A stretch of DNA of 64,000 nucleotides, taken from positions 497,282 to 561,281 of the forward strand of contig NMRA01000198.1 of assembly GCA_002633005.1 (NCBI GenBank), in the 5' to 3' direction. The notes beneath the pieces are model-generated. The model was not told the DNA's origin. It did no database searches and saw only the letters and a program-made list of their open reading frames with translations. The DNA is from Phoronis australis (taxonomy: Eukaryota > Animalia > Phoronida). Shown here piece by piece: positions 50,189-63,620 of this stretch. The position numbers and the translations under genes were made by a program. Position 1 is the stretch's first letter. Each line of letters opens with the position of its first letter.

Positions 50189-53100
50189 GTCTGTCATCCA
50201 GACCTAACCCCACTCAATACTGAATGTTATTACGTGTTAAACTGTTTGTAAACAACCCATACATGGAGTTGTAATGTTTCCCACCTGGATATCTGTTAAA
50301 GGTGATTGTGTTAAGGTCACATTAGGTGTCGGCTCTGTTTGTTGCTACTTGCAGTGTCCAAGATCTATTGTAAGCTTAACTCAATCAACTCCAACAAAAC
50401 ATTTACACTAGATGAGATCTATCCTATTTTGAGATGTTTCCAGTAGCTGCAATCAAGTAATGTTCCAGAGTTGTTTTCAACTACAACTCCAGTTAGTTTT
50501 GGACCAGTGCACAAAGTTGCATTTGCTAATTAATGTGCAATGCTATTCTTTTCCTGTTATTGTGGCAACCACGTAGTTTGAAACGGCAGACAGGATGTTG
50601 GACAGATCCCTTTTTAAGTGGATTTAGACTCTTGCGTCCTTCACCTTGAAAATTGTGTGTGAATCCTGTCTAAAATAGATGTACCATTTCTACATGTTTA
50701 GTTTCTGACTGAAAGTCTGCTTTAGTGGGTGTGATGACATTGCACAAACCTGTGTACAGCCGCTTGTGAAAATGTTGGTAGTGTTAGGTGGTGACGTAGT
50801 CTATAGTTGTCTCACTGTTGGAGCATCATTTATTACAACTGGCAATCAATCATTTACATTTATTGGATTGTTATTCATGTAGCATAGCCAGGTGCAAAGT
50901 GACATAATCAGAGGGCTATCTGTATGCCGTGCATTATTTTTATAATGAATGAATTCCCAGTGCTCTAGAAATAGTGTTATAGTCAGCACTAATAGCCGGA
51001 AATGGTATTTTATTTTGCTTGCGTGCTGTGACTGTGAAATTGAGCGTTGTTGTAGAGTCAAACCCTTGTCACCAGTTAAGTCTTATAGATTACAGTTCTT
51101 CAATTTTGTGTGCCAAACTTCCCCCGTACAGCAATAAGTGTGAGGTACTGTTGTGGGGTTTGTTGTTATTGCCATAGCACAGCTCTCGCTCATTGTACGA
51201 CTAACTTCCTGAAAATTCTCACATGTCGGATCGTTTGCCTAGGCCTTCTAGTCTTATTCCTTCTGGTCAGTTAAATAAGCATTTGGCACAGGTACATGAA
51301 ACTTGCAGGAAACAAAATAACTAGTTTAAATTTAAACAGCTATTAAACCTACCTTCCGACAAAAATCTAACTTTTGACTAAGTCTCAACTCATTTGTTAC
51401 TCACATTTGAGGTGGTTTCTGGGATTGAACACATTTTTGTTATTGTTTCAGACCAAGGTCTTCTATCTCTCTGTTTAATACAAAACTTTTAACTCTTTCG
51501 AACTGCACCCTTTGCAAAGAATGTTGTTTCTTATACAGAACATGAGTTTGTAGCCACTTTAATTGTGTTTCTTCGCATAGTCTTGCATATGCGTAGTTTA
51601 CATGACGTGCAATTCTGTCTTACAAATCCTCTGGCTTGCTTAGAGGGAACAAACAAAACTGCACTCTTTCAATTCCAAATAAAAGTGGACAAAGAGTTGC
51701 TATTTGTGTGAACATTTAACTTAGTTTTGTCTCCCCTAACATATCTGTGATAGTAATAACAAGTTGCGTTCTTAATGATTTCAAGTGCTAGTGGCTTCCT
51801 GAAACATCAGTTTTCAATATGTTAGATTTTTTAGAAATCACTTGTAGAGTATCCTGATTCTATTGTATCCTGATTCTATTGCTCGAAAAATTAAAATGTT
51901 GCCTTAACAGGTACTGGAGAGAATTAACATCGTTTGAGAATGCTTTTAAATCAACGGTTTAAAATTAATTACCTATTTATTATCTGCTCAGTTCTTCTGT
52001 TGTTTCAGTTTGAATATTTATTGCCTCTGACTTTTTTGAAGTTTGCCATTTCGGCTAGTCATAATTAGGTGTGTGTGGGTCTTTGACGGAAGTACTGCAA
52101 CTGTATTCAGGCTTGCAGTTGAGAGCAGTGTCTGTCTCGTGTTTAGTGGCATACATTCCTAGCCATGGGTGCTCTACAGTAATGGGTTCTGCGTAATAAA
52201 TCACTTGTAAGTCTTTCCACTCATTTCCCTTGGAACAGGTACTGTACTGGCAAAATCGTACCCCATTCAATTTATCACAAAATTAGTCTAAATTCAGAGG
52301 TGTATACTTATTAACTTGAATGATTTTGAGCTGTAAGTTTTAAACTTGTTCAGTCTTTTCTTCTGACACTTAGTGTGAGAAACATATTACCGTATATTCT
52401 GGTTAACGCTCCCAAGACGTTAAAGTAAAAAATTGGAACTTCCAAAATGAATTTGTTGAAAACGCAGGGTTGGGGTTTTTTCCTCAATGTGAGCATTAAC
52501 TCTGGCATAAAGCCAAAAACAGTCCAATCATGTCCTTGCTTTTAACTGTCTCGCATGTAAATAGTTCATTTATTCATTTTGCTTTGTATTGTTACCACTG
52601 AAAACTTGACTTGGAAAAAAAATCTTAAATATCGAATTAGGCGAAATAGCCTTCCAAGTCTTTGCCACGTTTTCCCACTGGAGTTGTCTTAAAAAGAACT
52701 GATCTAGTTTTACTGCAGAGTGAGCCTTACTTCACTTCAGCAGTGAATTAGTACGACCAATTAACAAGCTGTTCATAACAGTGCTTTTACTTGATTGGTT
52801 CTATTTATAAATAGGAAGAAGTCTCGTATCATAACCAAAAATTCAACCTTTGACCATTTCATCTACACGGACAGCTGTAGAAGTTTCTCATGAGATTTGC
52901 CCTGCTTCAAGTCATCATTTGAGTGCCTCTTGAACCTGCACGTTGCAATCGGGGTGGTGCCATTGTTGCAACTCTGCATGTTTTAAAATACATTTCTAAA
53001 AGTAGATGCGCTTCGTTTTGATAAATTTGCTTCTTATTTTCTGCTAAAATTAGCTCGGCTTGTCAAGGTTGTGTGGTGAGCTTTCGTTTGTGACGGAGGC

Positions 53101-56100
53101 TTGTAATTGTTTGGAATTTAGCTAGAGAAAGGTTTAGACGATGTCATATACTTGTGTGCTCATTTGTAAGCGAATCCACTTGGAATATATGTATAAATAC
53201 TTGTGTTACAATGTGCATTTGTACATCATCAGTGTTGTTTTACATAGTGATGAAGTTGTGTTTATGATATGTATAAATTTTTATGTATTGTGTGATATTC
53301 TTGGGTGGTTTATCTTAATATGTGAAATGGATTATCTGTGCAATTATGGCGAGCTAAAGTCGTCGAGCTGTTCTCTGTGAATCCAAGACTCGTTGCGTAC
53401 GTTTAGATGCGACCGGTAAATTGTATTTATTCCGTGTATATTTTATGTCGGGATTTAGGTCACTTGACTTCGATGTTGTTATGCTTTGCTTGGCAGTCGT
53501 TACGCGCCAGGTCTGTTATTTGTGAAATTAAGAAACTGTAAGAGAAAGAAGCTTTAATTGTTAAATGCTGTCTCTTACCCTTTGAAATTTTACCAGGCAA
53601 TTTTGTTCATGACGGTAATCTGTGACCCTCTAGTAGCTTTGTCTGTGGAGTGATTTTTTTGTATGATAGTGAAATTGTAATCAAAATGTCTCAAGATGTT
53701 TTAGTCCATGTTGGCAGAAAGAACAGCCTACCCACTCAGTTGCCTGGTAAATCTTTGGTACATTGTTTAGTTGCGAATGTAAAATTCACAAATCAATGGA
53801 GCTACTATTGCCAGCCTCGTGTGACAATTTTCACCCGATGGTTCACATGTTGTTACTGTCTACCGGTATGTATTTACTTCCTTTTGTGGTCACAAGTCTC
53901 ATTAGTAGACCACGCCCTTTTTTAGCTTTTAATTGAGGTGGCTACAAACCAACGTTGCATCAAAGAAGCGAATATTTTGATTTTGACCACTCACTGCTAT
54001 GTAATTGTTTGCAACTTGTTCCTTATATAGATGAGAAGTGATGTTTGGGTGTGCTAGGAACTGACAAACAGTAATGAGCTGCCGCTTCTTTCAAAGCCCT
54101 GAAATTATCTCTAATTTGACTAAATAACAATTTGCGACCAATTTCATAACTGTAAGTAGCTTAAATCAAAAGCTGTTTTTTTGATGGAAGACTGGTTAGT
54201 ACTCACTTTAGCTAGTCATTGTGTCATATCGTCTGCCTGTACTATCATGTACATTTTACAATTTGCAGTATTGGCGGCAATTCCTTGTCTGTTGTCGCAT
54301 TTTAGCTTTGCAATTTCTACTTCTTGGTCATCCACGTTTTAGTCCACAAGGTTTCTTTCTTCCGACAATGTTGTGTGCAAGAATATCACTTTAACGGAGA
54401 CCAGAATTTTTTATGAATTCAAAAGCATGGGTTCTGGAATTTCAAAGGATTTTGCAAGAATACACCATGCATATCATTTGTATGTAACTCCGACACAAGG
54501 TGGAGCTGCAGTTTTCTGGTCTCATTTTATGGAAGAATTTTAATATGCCTAAGTGTGTAGCAATGAAGTACTTTCAAACATTTGCCAATTTCACTGGGGA
54601 CTCTGTAATATGCACTCATTTGTGCTACAGGTGTGCAGTCTCCCTGTGTGTGGTTTCCTGGCTGAATGAGTTGCAACATTTTCACTGTTTATTTCCTCTA
54701 GCTGCAACATGACTGGTCTGTCTGTGCTGTTATTGGCTAGTTGTTGTATTACATAACAAGCTCTGCCTTACAAACTTGAATGTGATTAAAGAATCCTAGA
54801 GGAGTGATAAGATATTTAATCATTCAAGGATCATGCCATGCTAAATCTCTGCTTGTTTACATATACAACAAAACATGGAACTGAAGTTGCAGTAATTGAT
54901 CACAGTTGCTTTCAACACTTATATGGATCTCGCGTCAGTGTTTCTGGTACTTTTGAATGGTTACTGATTTAGCTCGTCATGTTTTTAAAGGGTTGTTATT
55001 AGAACCTACGGTTATTTGCCACTGAGATATAATGTGAAGTATTGTATGTAATTTTATTAATCTCACCAAGTGGTCCTGAACAGAGTGATATTCCTCTGTT
55101 CACTGCGCCACTGTTGTCTTCATCCGTTATATATGTCTGATTGTGTTGTAAAATTTTAGCCATACATTTAAACTGGTGAATGTTTTCTGTTAGAACCATT
55201 GAGACAATAAACCCAGTGGTATTTGTAAAAACAATGTTGTCTTTTTAGTATAAAAACTCATTGAAGTTCTGCGGTAGGTTGATGTAGGCTAAACGTAATC
55301 ATAAATTTGCACTAGCACAGCAGTTATTATTAGACTAAAACACCTATTGGTGAGCTTGTTCTATTCAAATAAATAATGCCAACAAAACAATTACATTTCA
55401 GCGATTTATGTTTTTGACACTGCATATTTTTAACATGAGTTTCATTACATTATACTAGAATTTCACACATTAAATGCCAGGTGTCTGACGCAGGTAAGCA
55501 CAAACTTTGGAACACTGCATGTTCGGTTAATTGAAAACATAGTAACAATTGAATAGTTACCAACTTATTCCAGTATTGTTCAGGAGGCAGTAACCGTATT
55601 TAAAACACCCGGCTTAGTAAACCAGTAGAGCAAACCAGAGGGCCGCTCGTCTCGAGAACCACAGCTGAGCTGACAATGCACACCAATATGTGAAATACAG
55701 CAACTGAATAAACTAGCCAATAGTTAAGGAAAGCACAGGTAGATAACGACCTGCCTGTTTCAAGTGAGCCATAGCTGAATTGACAGTTTATGCCAGGATG
55801 TGAAAATTCAAAACTATAACTGGATGAAGTAGGCACTACTAAGACCAATGGCTTGTACTGTACTAGCTTACAGACTAATAACCAATGAATGGGCCAGCGA
55901 TGTGGAACCTAGGAAAATCCAACTTTGTCTAATCTAGGAAAATGATATCTCAGAAATGGATGATTTCAAATGAAACTCAGATACTACGCTTAATGCACTA
56001 TGTGCAATTTTCAAGCAAAATGTGAGGGCCAGACAGAGAATTGCATGAAAATACGAATACTACCAGGACATAACTACAAGCATATGTTATCCATTCAGAG

Positions 56101-56459
56101 AATAAGTTATCAACCGATGGACATTAGTAAGAACGTCATCAATTTTGTACACCTGCATGTCACACATACATTTAAATTTTGTGCCCATTACTACAGAAAT
56201 TGCTGCATTTATTCAGATATTTGCATTGTAGCAGAATACAATTCAACAAAAGGTTTACTATAACTTACACATACAAATAACAAGCACCATAATTTTACTA
56301 TTTCCAGGTCATCAACCCACATCTTTTAGAACATGGCAACTCTCTGCGATAAAACCTAGTGAGTGGACTGAATCGCTAAGTGACACATCATAACATGTCA
56401 CCAATACATGTAACATAACCAGAGCACTCAACAATTCCATCCCACAATCCCCAATCTTG

Positions 56460-56592
56460 TCAGACGGTTGTCTGCCGTAACACTTTGTGAAAGAGTGACG
56501 TATAAAACTCGGCAGGCTCCGACATGGTGCAACGGTACTTCTGAACAATTTCCTGAATCTTCAGTTTCCTTTTAACATGAGGAGGGTGGTAG
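56460..56592 (-). CDS. RALGAPB: RALGAPB last coding exon
   Basis: ttccag|C; [43 protein letters not shown], the conserved RALGAPB C-terminus. Confidence 0.9.
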
Positions 56593-56876
56593 CTGGAACA
56601 GATAATGACCAGATGTGTTCAAACTGAATGGAAGGATAAATTGCAGCCAATAACATATCTACGAACTGACTACAAACCATAGTTGCAAGAATCTTGCCAG
56701 AAAGCAAGATTACGCAAGACCATGCGAAAAGTCAAGTGTTCCACGAGAATGGTGGGAGCCTTTCTAGCTAGTGAAGTGATTAGTTTGTGAGGTTGGGATG
56801 TTGGATGATGGGGTAGAATTCACTGTTTCCGTTCCACAAGAGGAGATTGCTTGCTGCAAGTGCTGTGTGAGTGTCT

Positions 56877-56945
56877 CGGAACATGACACTGGTCTACGGA
56901 ACATGACACAGGTCTACGGAACACAAAACTGGTCTACAGAACATG
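56877..56945. repeat. 20-bp tandem repeat, ~3.5 copies
   Basis: CGGAACATGACACWGGTCTA units in the last RALGAPB intron. Confidence 0.85.
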
Positions 56946-57488
56946 GCCAGCCATTTTAAACTTGGTCTGCTTCATTTCATTTGCAGGTTCTCAGACAATA
57001 GTCACATCATGAAATCACACAGCCGAACACTCTTGATTCTGTGATAATTATGCACAATGGTGTACACCACCACGGCAATCATCCCATAGTTCTACAAAGC
57101 TGACATGAAACATTACTTAGATATTCATAAATCAAACACTAATACAATTTTCCTGTAGCACAATTAGTTGTATCGGTAACACCAGAAAATTGATAAGTTA
57201 GGGAGTGTCTTGGCATTCTTTTCTTGCCTATCTCAACTCAAAAATGTTTAGCAGCATAACCTCAGTTTCAAAAACCAATCATGTAATGTGTTTTTCATCC
57301 TCCGCAACAGATGAACGCTGAATTTGGAACGTGACTATTTTTTCCTGATAACTTGTTGAGGCCGGTCTAATGGCAACAGCGCACTGTCAGTTCTGTCCAA
57401 GCACAGAGATCACCTCTAATTTGACAGAGGAACAATTTGAGACCAATTTCATAATGGTAAAGTTCTACATCAGAAGGCAGGTTTGTAG

Positions 57489-57983
57489 CAGTTGTAGAAC
57501 CCTAGAAAAAAAGTCCAAATTTGGCTAACTTCAGAAAATCACCTCAGAAATGGCTGACCATATTCATATGAAACTTTGACCATGCTTTATGCACTATTCA
57601 CCAAACCAGTGTTAAAGGAATTTTAATTGCATAGGACCTATTGAAAACCAGAACTAATAATTTTGTGAAAATACACTGAAGCTGCATGAAAAGAAAGCAA
57701 AATATAAAGAAGACTGTAAGTCTAGAGCATTTGGAGTTCTCATCCTGAACATTTATAACAAATAAAATTTGATCACGTTATTGATTCTGCTGTTTGTCTC
57801 TCAATTGTGCCTTTCTTTTTCCTAACTTTTACCAAAAACATGGTCACCATACCCAATTAATGTCAGATAGGTAAAAACTCAAAAACCAAATTCTACAGGC
57901 TTTCTACTTTACACTTTTACCGAGTTAAAATCTGCAGATATTTGGCTAAATGCACAAACTTGTCAATACGACCCTACATAACC
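57489..57983 (-). mobile_element. ~500-bp DNA transposon family, inverted copy
   Basis: Reverse-complement similarity to 37401-37822; ends in GACCCTACATAACC|TTAA. A partial copy also starts at ~10340. Confidence 0.6.
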
Positions 57984-58095
57984 TTAAAATAAGACCAAAA
58001 CAAACACACAATCATCCACCAAATGGCTACTTGTGTTCAACAAGTGGAAAAATAAACAAGACATATCAAGGTACTGTCCACCTATATCTACTTAC

Positions 58096-58212
58096 GATTC
58101 ATTGTCTAGCCTCTTGCGATAAAAATTGTTCAAAGCCGTCTGCCTTACAAGGTCACCAAGTGCACGTCTGCTCACAACCATTCCATCCCATAATGGTATG
58201 GCTAGGCCAATC
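58096..58212 (-). CDS. RALGAPB: RALGAPB exon
   Basis: tttcag|G; [38 protein letters not shown]; TC|gtaagt. Confidence 0.9.
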
Positions 58213-58645
58213 CTGAAATGAAGACATGTGACACTAAACACAGAGCAAGATACCATTTTTTAATTATGCACCTGTCAAATTGCAATGTAACTTACGTGAA
58301 CAGGTTTATTTGTAATGGCTGCAAATTTTGTAAAGTCAAAATCAGTAATGGTTTTATACTCATAATTAAAGAGATTTTCAGAATGCAATACATACAATTG
58401 AAGAGGAAATGAATGAACATTGCACTGTTTACCAAAAACGTTGCTATAAATAATCTGGGAGAAAATGCATCCATTTTTTAAAGACAGTCCTCTTTCCAAG
58501 GTACATTGGGGTCTGACACTGTACGTTTTGCATCATTTCAAAGATGCCTATGATTATTGGCTCATGGTTATAACGTCACATGAATTCTTGTATATCAAAC
58601 ACTTTAAATTGATTTCATACAGAAAGGTCATGTGACTGGACTCAC

Positions 58646-58808
58646 CTTCCTGGCTGACCGTGGATGTGAATTCGGAACAGTCCTGACTTGAGCGCATGTA
58701 TGAAGATAACTAGGAGATCCTTTGACAGGGAGGCACTAGTGCTGCCCTCTCGACCAGTACCGGTGCTGCCCTCTCGACCAGTGCTGGTGGTGCCCAAGGC
58801 CAGCTCGG
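58646..58808 (-). CDS. RALGAPB: RALGAPB exon
   Basis: gtccag|CC; ELALGTTSTGREGSTGTGREGSTSASLSKDLLVIFIHALKSGLFRIHIHGQPG; AG|gtgagt. Confidence 0.87.
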
Positions 58809-59531
58809 CTGGACAGAAACAACAAGTAAAATTGAAACAGAGAGCAAAACCACCGCAGCACGGTAGAATGACAAATAACGTTACATATATGACTGTATGG
58901 GGGCACTCTTCCCATATAGAATGCTGACATAACTATCAACTTCATTGAAGAGTCTGCCTCTAATATAAGAACTAAACAGGATTTTTTATAACTTGTGTGC
59001 CTCCATTCTAAGGTCACACCACCTTAACTAATACCAACTGTCAATCAATAAAATCATTGATATATTTGAGGATCACACAAATGTATAATGTGCAAGGATG
59101 ATGGCAAGACGACAGACATGCAATATTTTCACGGACATCATAAATTTCCATGATAATGAAGCATAAAAGACGTTTTCTTCACATGCGCATGAAGTTACTT
59201 AAAATTGTGACACAATGTGGTCAAAAACTACTTAACAGGGGCCAGTACAGATGGAAATCAGTAAGTCATAGGTTATAAACTAAGTCACTGGTTACAAATA
59301 GTAACACGATAACATCACTGCAGCAATGTCGGAAATTTTGGAAATTTTTAGAAACGCGCTTTTTGTTTTCTTATTGATGTTTTGAAGCTAAATGCAACCA
59401 TCAATTGGCGAGAAAAAAGTGAAGATTGAATCAGGTTCAGCGACGACAAGTATTAAAATCCAAATTATTAAGTTAAGACATTAGGCAACATTAAAAACAA
59501 ACTAATGAAAGTTTAGAAGAATAGCTTTTAC

Positions 59532-59807
59532 CTAACGGAAAATTCTCATAGTCTTCATAACTTTCCAGCCACACAACCATAATCTTGTTGTCCAAGGCAA
59601 CAGAGCTGCTGCTATGACGACCATAACGACGGGCTTTAACTGCAGATGTCGCTCCAGCCATTGTGGATTCAGCAGTCGGTGTCAAAGCATCACGACTGTC
59701 TATTTTAGAGAGAGCATGAGGTCTTTCGAAATCCAACGAGAGTGACTTGGATGTTAATTTCGGAACCTTGAAGCTTTCTGTGCTTGTGCTGGATTGGAAT
59801 ACCCTGT
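59532..59807 (-). CDS. RALGAPB: RALGAPB exon
   Basis: attttag|AC; ...LSLDFE...DNKIMVVWLESYEDYENFPL; G|gtaaaa; conserved VVWxE..D.ENFP motif. Confidence 0.85.
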
Positions 59808-60971
59808 CTAAAATGTGACAGGCAGACAACTATGAAATGTGTACCCAATCAATGCACAAGGTGATTTAATCTGTTGTGACAAAAACTCTGCTCTGAAGCA
59901 ATGTTATACCGTCTTACAACTCAAATGAGCATTTTGTGACAGTGGAAAGTTTAAGAATAAAACAACATCATTCTAGCTCGGGTTACTGATCAACTGTGCA
60001 CCTAGTCTAACTAAACTACAAGAAGAAACCAAGGAAGTGTATTTATATGCGACTACGGTTGAAATTGCACAAAAAAGAACAAACACAACTGAGAAGATAA
60101 GAAATAAAAGAAAAGTAACAGAAAACAGTTACGTTAAGCATTCCCCAAACCAGCAGACATGACATGAACCATAAGTAAAATATAACTACAAAGGCAACTG
60201 TATGGTTGGACAAACTTTGCAGAATAACTATTTCACCTCATTTTTGACTTGTGCTATATAAATGACACATAATAACAGCGAGCTGACAGCAGACAGCAGA
60301 AGCTATGGGTGTTTACTGTTTTGATGAGTTCACATGAGATACTACAGTAACTCTCCATCTACTTCACACATTCACCTCATTTTGCACACTAAAATTATTT
60401 TCAAAAACAATATTTCATCTCTCACTTATTTTGCAAGAGGTTACCACAGTCAGTTTTGCACTCCGAAAAATATCAACGCAAAGTCCAGTCATTAATTCTA
60501 GTAATACACACCTCTTTAACAGTGTCTGAACATTGTATAATCACCCCTTAATTCATCCACTTAATATCTGATGCTGTTGTAAATATGAGGTGAGAGGTGT
60601 AACCTGGACGAGTGTGGTGTCACTCAGAGTCACATGCTCAAAAGAGTGTTTCACCAACAATAGGGTGAAGTACTCTTATACTGGAACAGCATAACCTAAT
60701 TTAATTACTCTTAATTGGATCAAATTTGAAAATCATAGGCTGCATTTCAATAAATTCACATACGGGCACTTGGCGATGCATGGTTACTCACCACACTCAC
60801 CAACTATGACGTCCGAATATTCAGTTTATTTGGCACACTCTTTTACCAGGAAAAAACATTAACTTCATTTTGCACAAAATAAGTGTAGAATTACCATATG
60901 CACTCCACTGCTATCCGTCAAAGTCAGTAGCCTTCAAAGTTATATTAAACTAGTATTGCTGTAATACAAAC

Positions 60972-61400
60972 CCATATTGTTGCTGGCTTCAGCAGAGACA
61001 GACCGCTGCGATAAGGCAGGCTTCTTGGCAGCTAAAGCTAACACTTGATTCTTTCTATCAGGGACACCCATGCCAGGTTTGGGTCGCAGCATAGACTTAT
61101 CTCCGTTCAATGATACTTCACCAGTAAGTGGTAAATCGTTCAACTGGCGTATTTGATTGGTTTGCTCAGCCGATGTGGACATGATTTTCGCTGTGTCGTA
61201 ACTCGACCCCCTTTTATGGGTTACCGGAGAGACCACCACGGGACTATCGTCATTCACATTTTTAGTGGACAAAAGTCTAGTGGCATCATAACTTGACCCT
61301 CGTCTGTGTATAGGTTCTTTTGGAACAGACAAGAGGACGTCGGATTTACTTGTTGTCATGTCTGATCTAGATTGGCTGGTACTTGTAGGGTCTTTGGTAA
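60972..61400 (-). CDS. RALGAPB: RALGAPB low-complexity exon (429 nt, phase 1-1)
   Basis: cctctag|TT ACC AAA ... ATG G|gtttgt lies inside ORF 60940..61491; phases match both flanking exons. Confidence 0.7.
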
Positions 61401-63162
61401 CTAGAGGTAAGTATGTGCAGACGGTGAAGCAAAACAAAGTAAAACAAAAATTGACTGAAAAACAATGCTCAGCAAGAAAATGGAATCTCAACTCAATGTA
61501 GTGACGTGTTTATTAAAATGACCGAGGCAAAGGGACAACAGATTTGGCACCTACATAAAATATACTCATTTCATGAAAAAGAAGCTATTTGAATACATTT
61601 AGGAAGTACAACGAAAAGGCTTTCATAAAACAGAGGACTGCAAGAGATTATTTTCATCATATTAAATAATTATAAATATGTGGGCACATTAAAATTTATC
61701 AGACTTATGAAGCCTCAATATCCAGAAACTGCCTTAGCTTGTCATAAGCAAGACAACAGAGGCGAGATATCATGCCATGGTAAACAGAAATAATGAGCAA
61801 GGGAGTATTGTAGGTGATAGATACGTATATGTGTATGTTTTGTGTATGGTGTATAAGTATGTGTATGAGCATGGGTCCCATCACTCTCCAGAGGGGCTAA
61901 TTTATAACTTAATATTACTACGGTAAGACTAGAGAAAAACGATGAGATAAGGTGACCAAATTGTTGTCCTGTGGGTAACTTTAGCTCAAGTCCAGCAACT
62001 TAACTGTGCACTAGGTCTGTGATTCCATTCACCATTAGAGCGTCCAACAGTGATGAGTACTAACTACAGAGGATCGTTATAGCCTAGCTTGGAAAAGAGA
62101 CAATAAAAGCAGAAAAAAGACAGTATTAGCATGCATACCTGCTACAGATGAGAAGGGGAGCAGTCCAAGAGTTTTAGTATTCACTAATAACTGATGTTTA
62201 AGGTATTCACATACCTTCCCAAAAAAATTAGATTTCTCCCAAAAGCAAACTAAAGGTCATTTGATGCTTGTTGAGTTTTGCATGCAAGGAAACCTCTCAA
62301 TTAAACGTGAGGATTTAAAAGGTTTGTTTTAATGCACAGAACTAAACTATTATCCTGTGTTGTGTGTGACTGAAGAACATGTACGCGAGCATCTTAAAAC
62401 AAATGCTGAACTTCAAAACTTGTGGACTGCTGACAGAAAATCAAACTCCAAAAGATACTAAACAGAGCTGAATTAAGAAACTTAAAATGTAAAAATGTAG
62501 TGCCATTGTTATATAAATGAAAGCAAAAATAAAAAATAGAGCCACTCAGTCAGAAGAGTAACATAGCATGAAGTGTGATACATTGAATATTAGTTACACC
62601 CTCTAAGATAGGTCACATAGAGGTCAAAAGGTCAATGCTCAGCCAATCTGCACACTATGTGGTTTAGAAACAAAAACTATTCTTCATTTACAAAGGGATT
62701 ATCTCGCACTTTGAAAAGCATGAAGAAGCAGTTTTTATGTTGTAAAGTTAACAACAAAACATGCATTGCGATTGACCACCTCGCAAACAGAAGATATACA
62801 CATTCTGCAATTAGAGGGCTGTGACCTGCAAACTTTCCAACCGTTCCCCAACAGGCTACAGCGGACAAGCGGATTTTTTTCAGCAACTGCCACGACAAAA
62901 GTGAACAATCTGAGAAAATTCTCATTCCTTATGTACTGTTCAGCTATCATAAACAATGCAAATGCTGCCAAGCAATGAAAAATTAAAAATCAAATTTATG
63001 CAAAATAATGGCAGATTAACAGTAGTTATGACACAACACATGAAACATACTCGTTAAAAGCTCACAGCATGCTGAAGAGCTCCATAAATGCTGGACACTT
63101 AAAAACAAACACAATATCAGTGAAAGAGCATCAATGAAACACCACTTGTAGTTAAAAGTTAC

Positions 63163-63323
63163 CTAGACTGGAGTCCGTCATCGATTGTAGCTGATACGTA
63201 TCCAGTGAAGGAACAATGAAGGCTATTTCAGAACTGACATCAGCCCAGTAAAGGGCCTGGTGTCGGCCATCATAAAGACTACCCCCAGTGGATGGTGGAT
63301 AATCCTCTGGAATTATATACAAA
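63163..63323 (-). CDS. RALGAPB: RalGAP beta subunit exon (first visible; not in ORF track)
   Basis: tttacag|T; LYIIPEDYPPSTGGSLYDGRHQALYWADVSSEIAFIVPSLDTYQLQSMTDSSL; G|gtaact. LYWAD..EIAFIVPS is recognisable as RALGAPB. Confidence 0.85.
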
Positions 63324-63604
63324 CTGTAAACGGTTTGTTATGTCATGACCTTTACTGTGAAGTCTCACCACTACTCACTGAGGTCTCATTTTTTTCTTGC
63401 CTTTGATGAATGTAGTATACATTCAAAGTACTGCGGTTTAATGTAATTTTAAACCAAATTTTCTGTAGTTTGTTCCTTTGATGACGTCACTCGGGGAGCT
63501 ACTGCACAGATGCAATCCACACACAAGGAGTATTTTTAGACAATATGTGAAATTCAGGAAGAAGTTATCCAACAACGAATGTTGTATCGTTTTAAAAAAA
63601 CTCT

Positions 63605-63620
63605 GCACCAGGGGGCACTA
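63605..63620 (+). promoter_or_regulatory. Candidate CTCF site
   Basis: GCACCAGGGGGCACTA closely matches the CTCF core CCACCAGGGGGCGCTA. Confidence 0.4.

Noticed and set aside
49943-50197. His-rich minus-strand ORF (SLHEH repeats), resembling a metal-binding peptide
   Set aside because: It is a translation of the 3' UTR tandem array with frame-shifting unit lengths and no supporting gene structure
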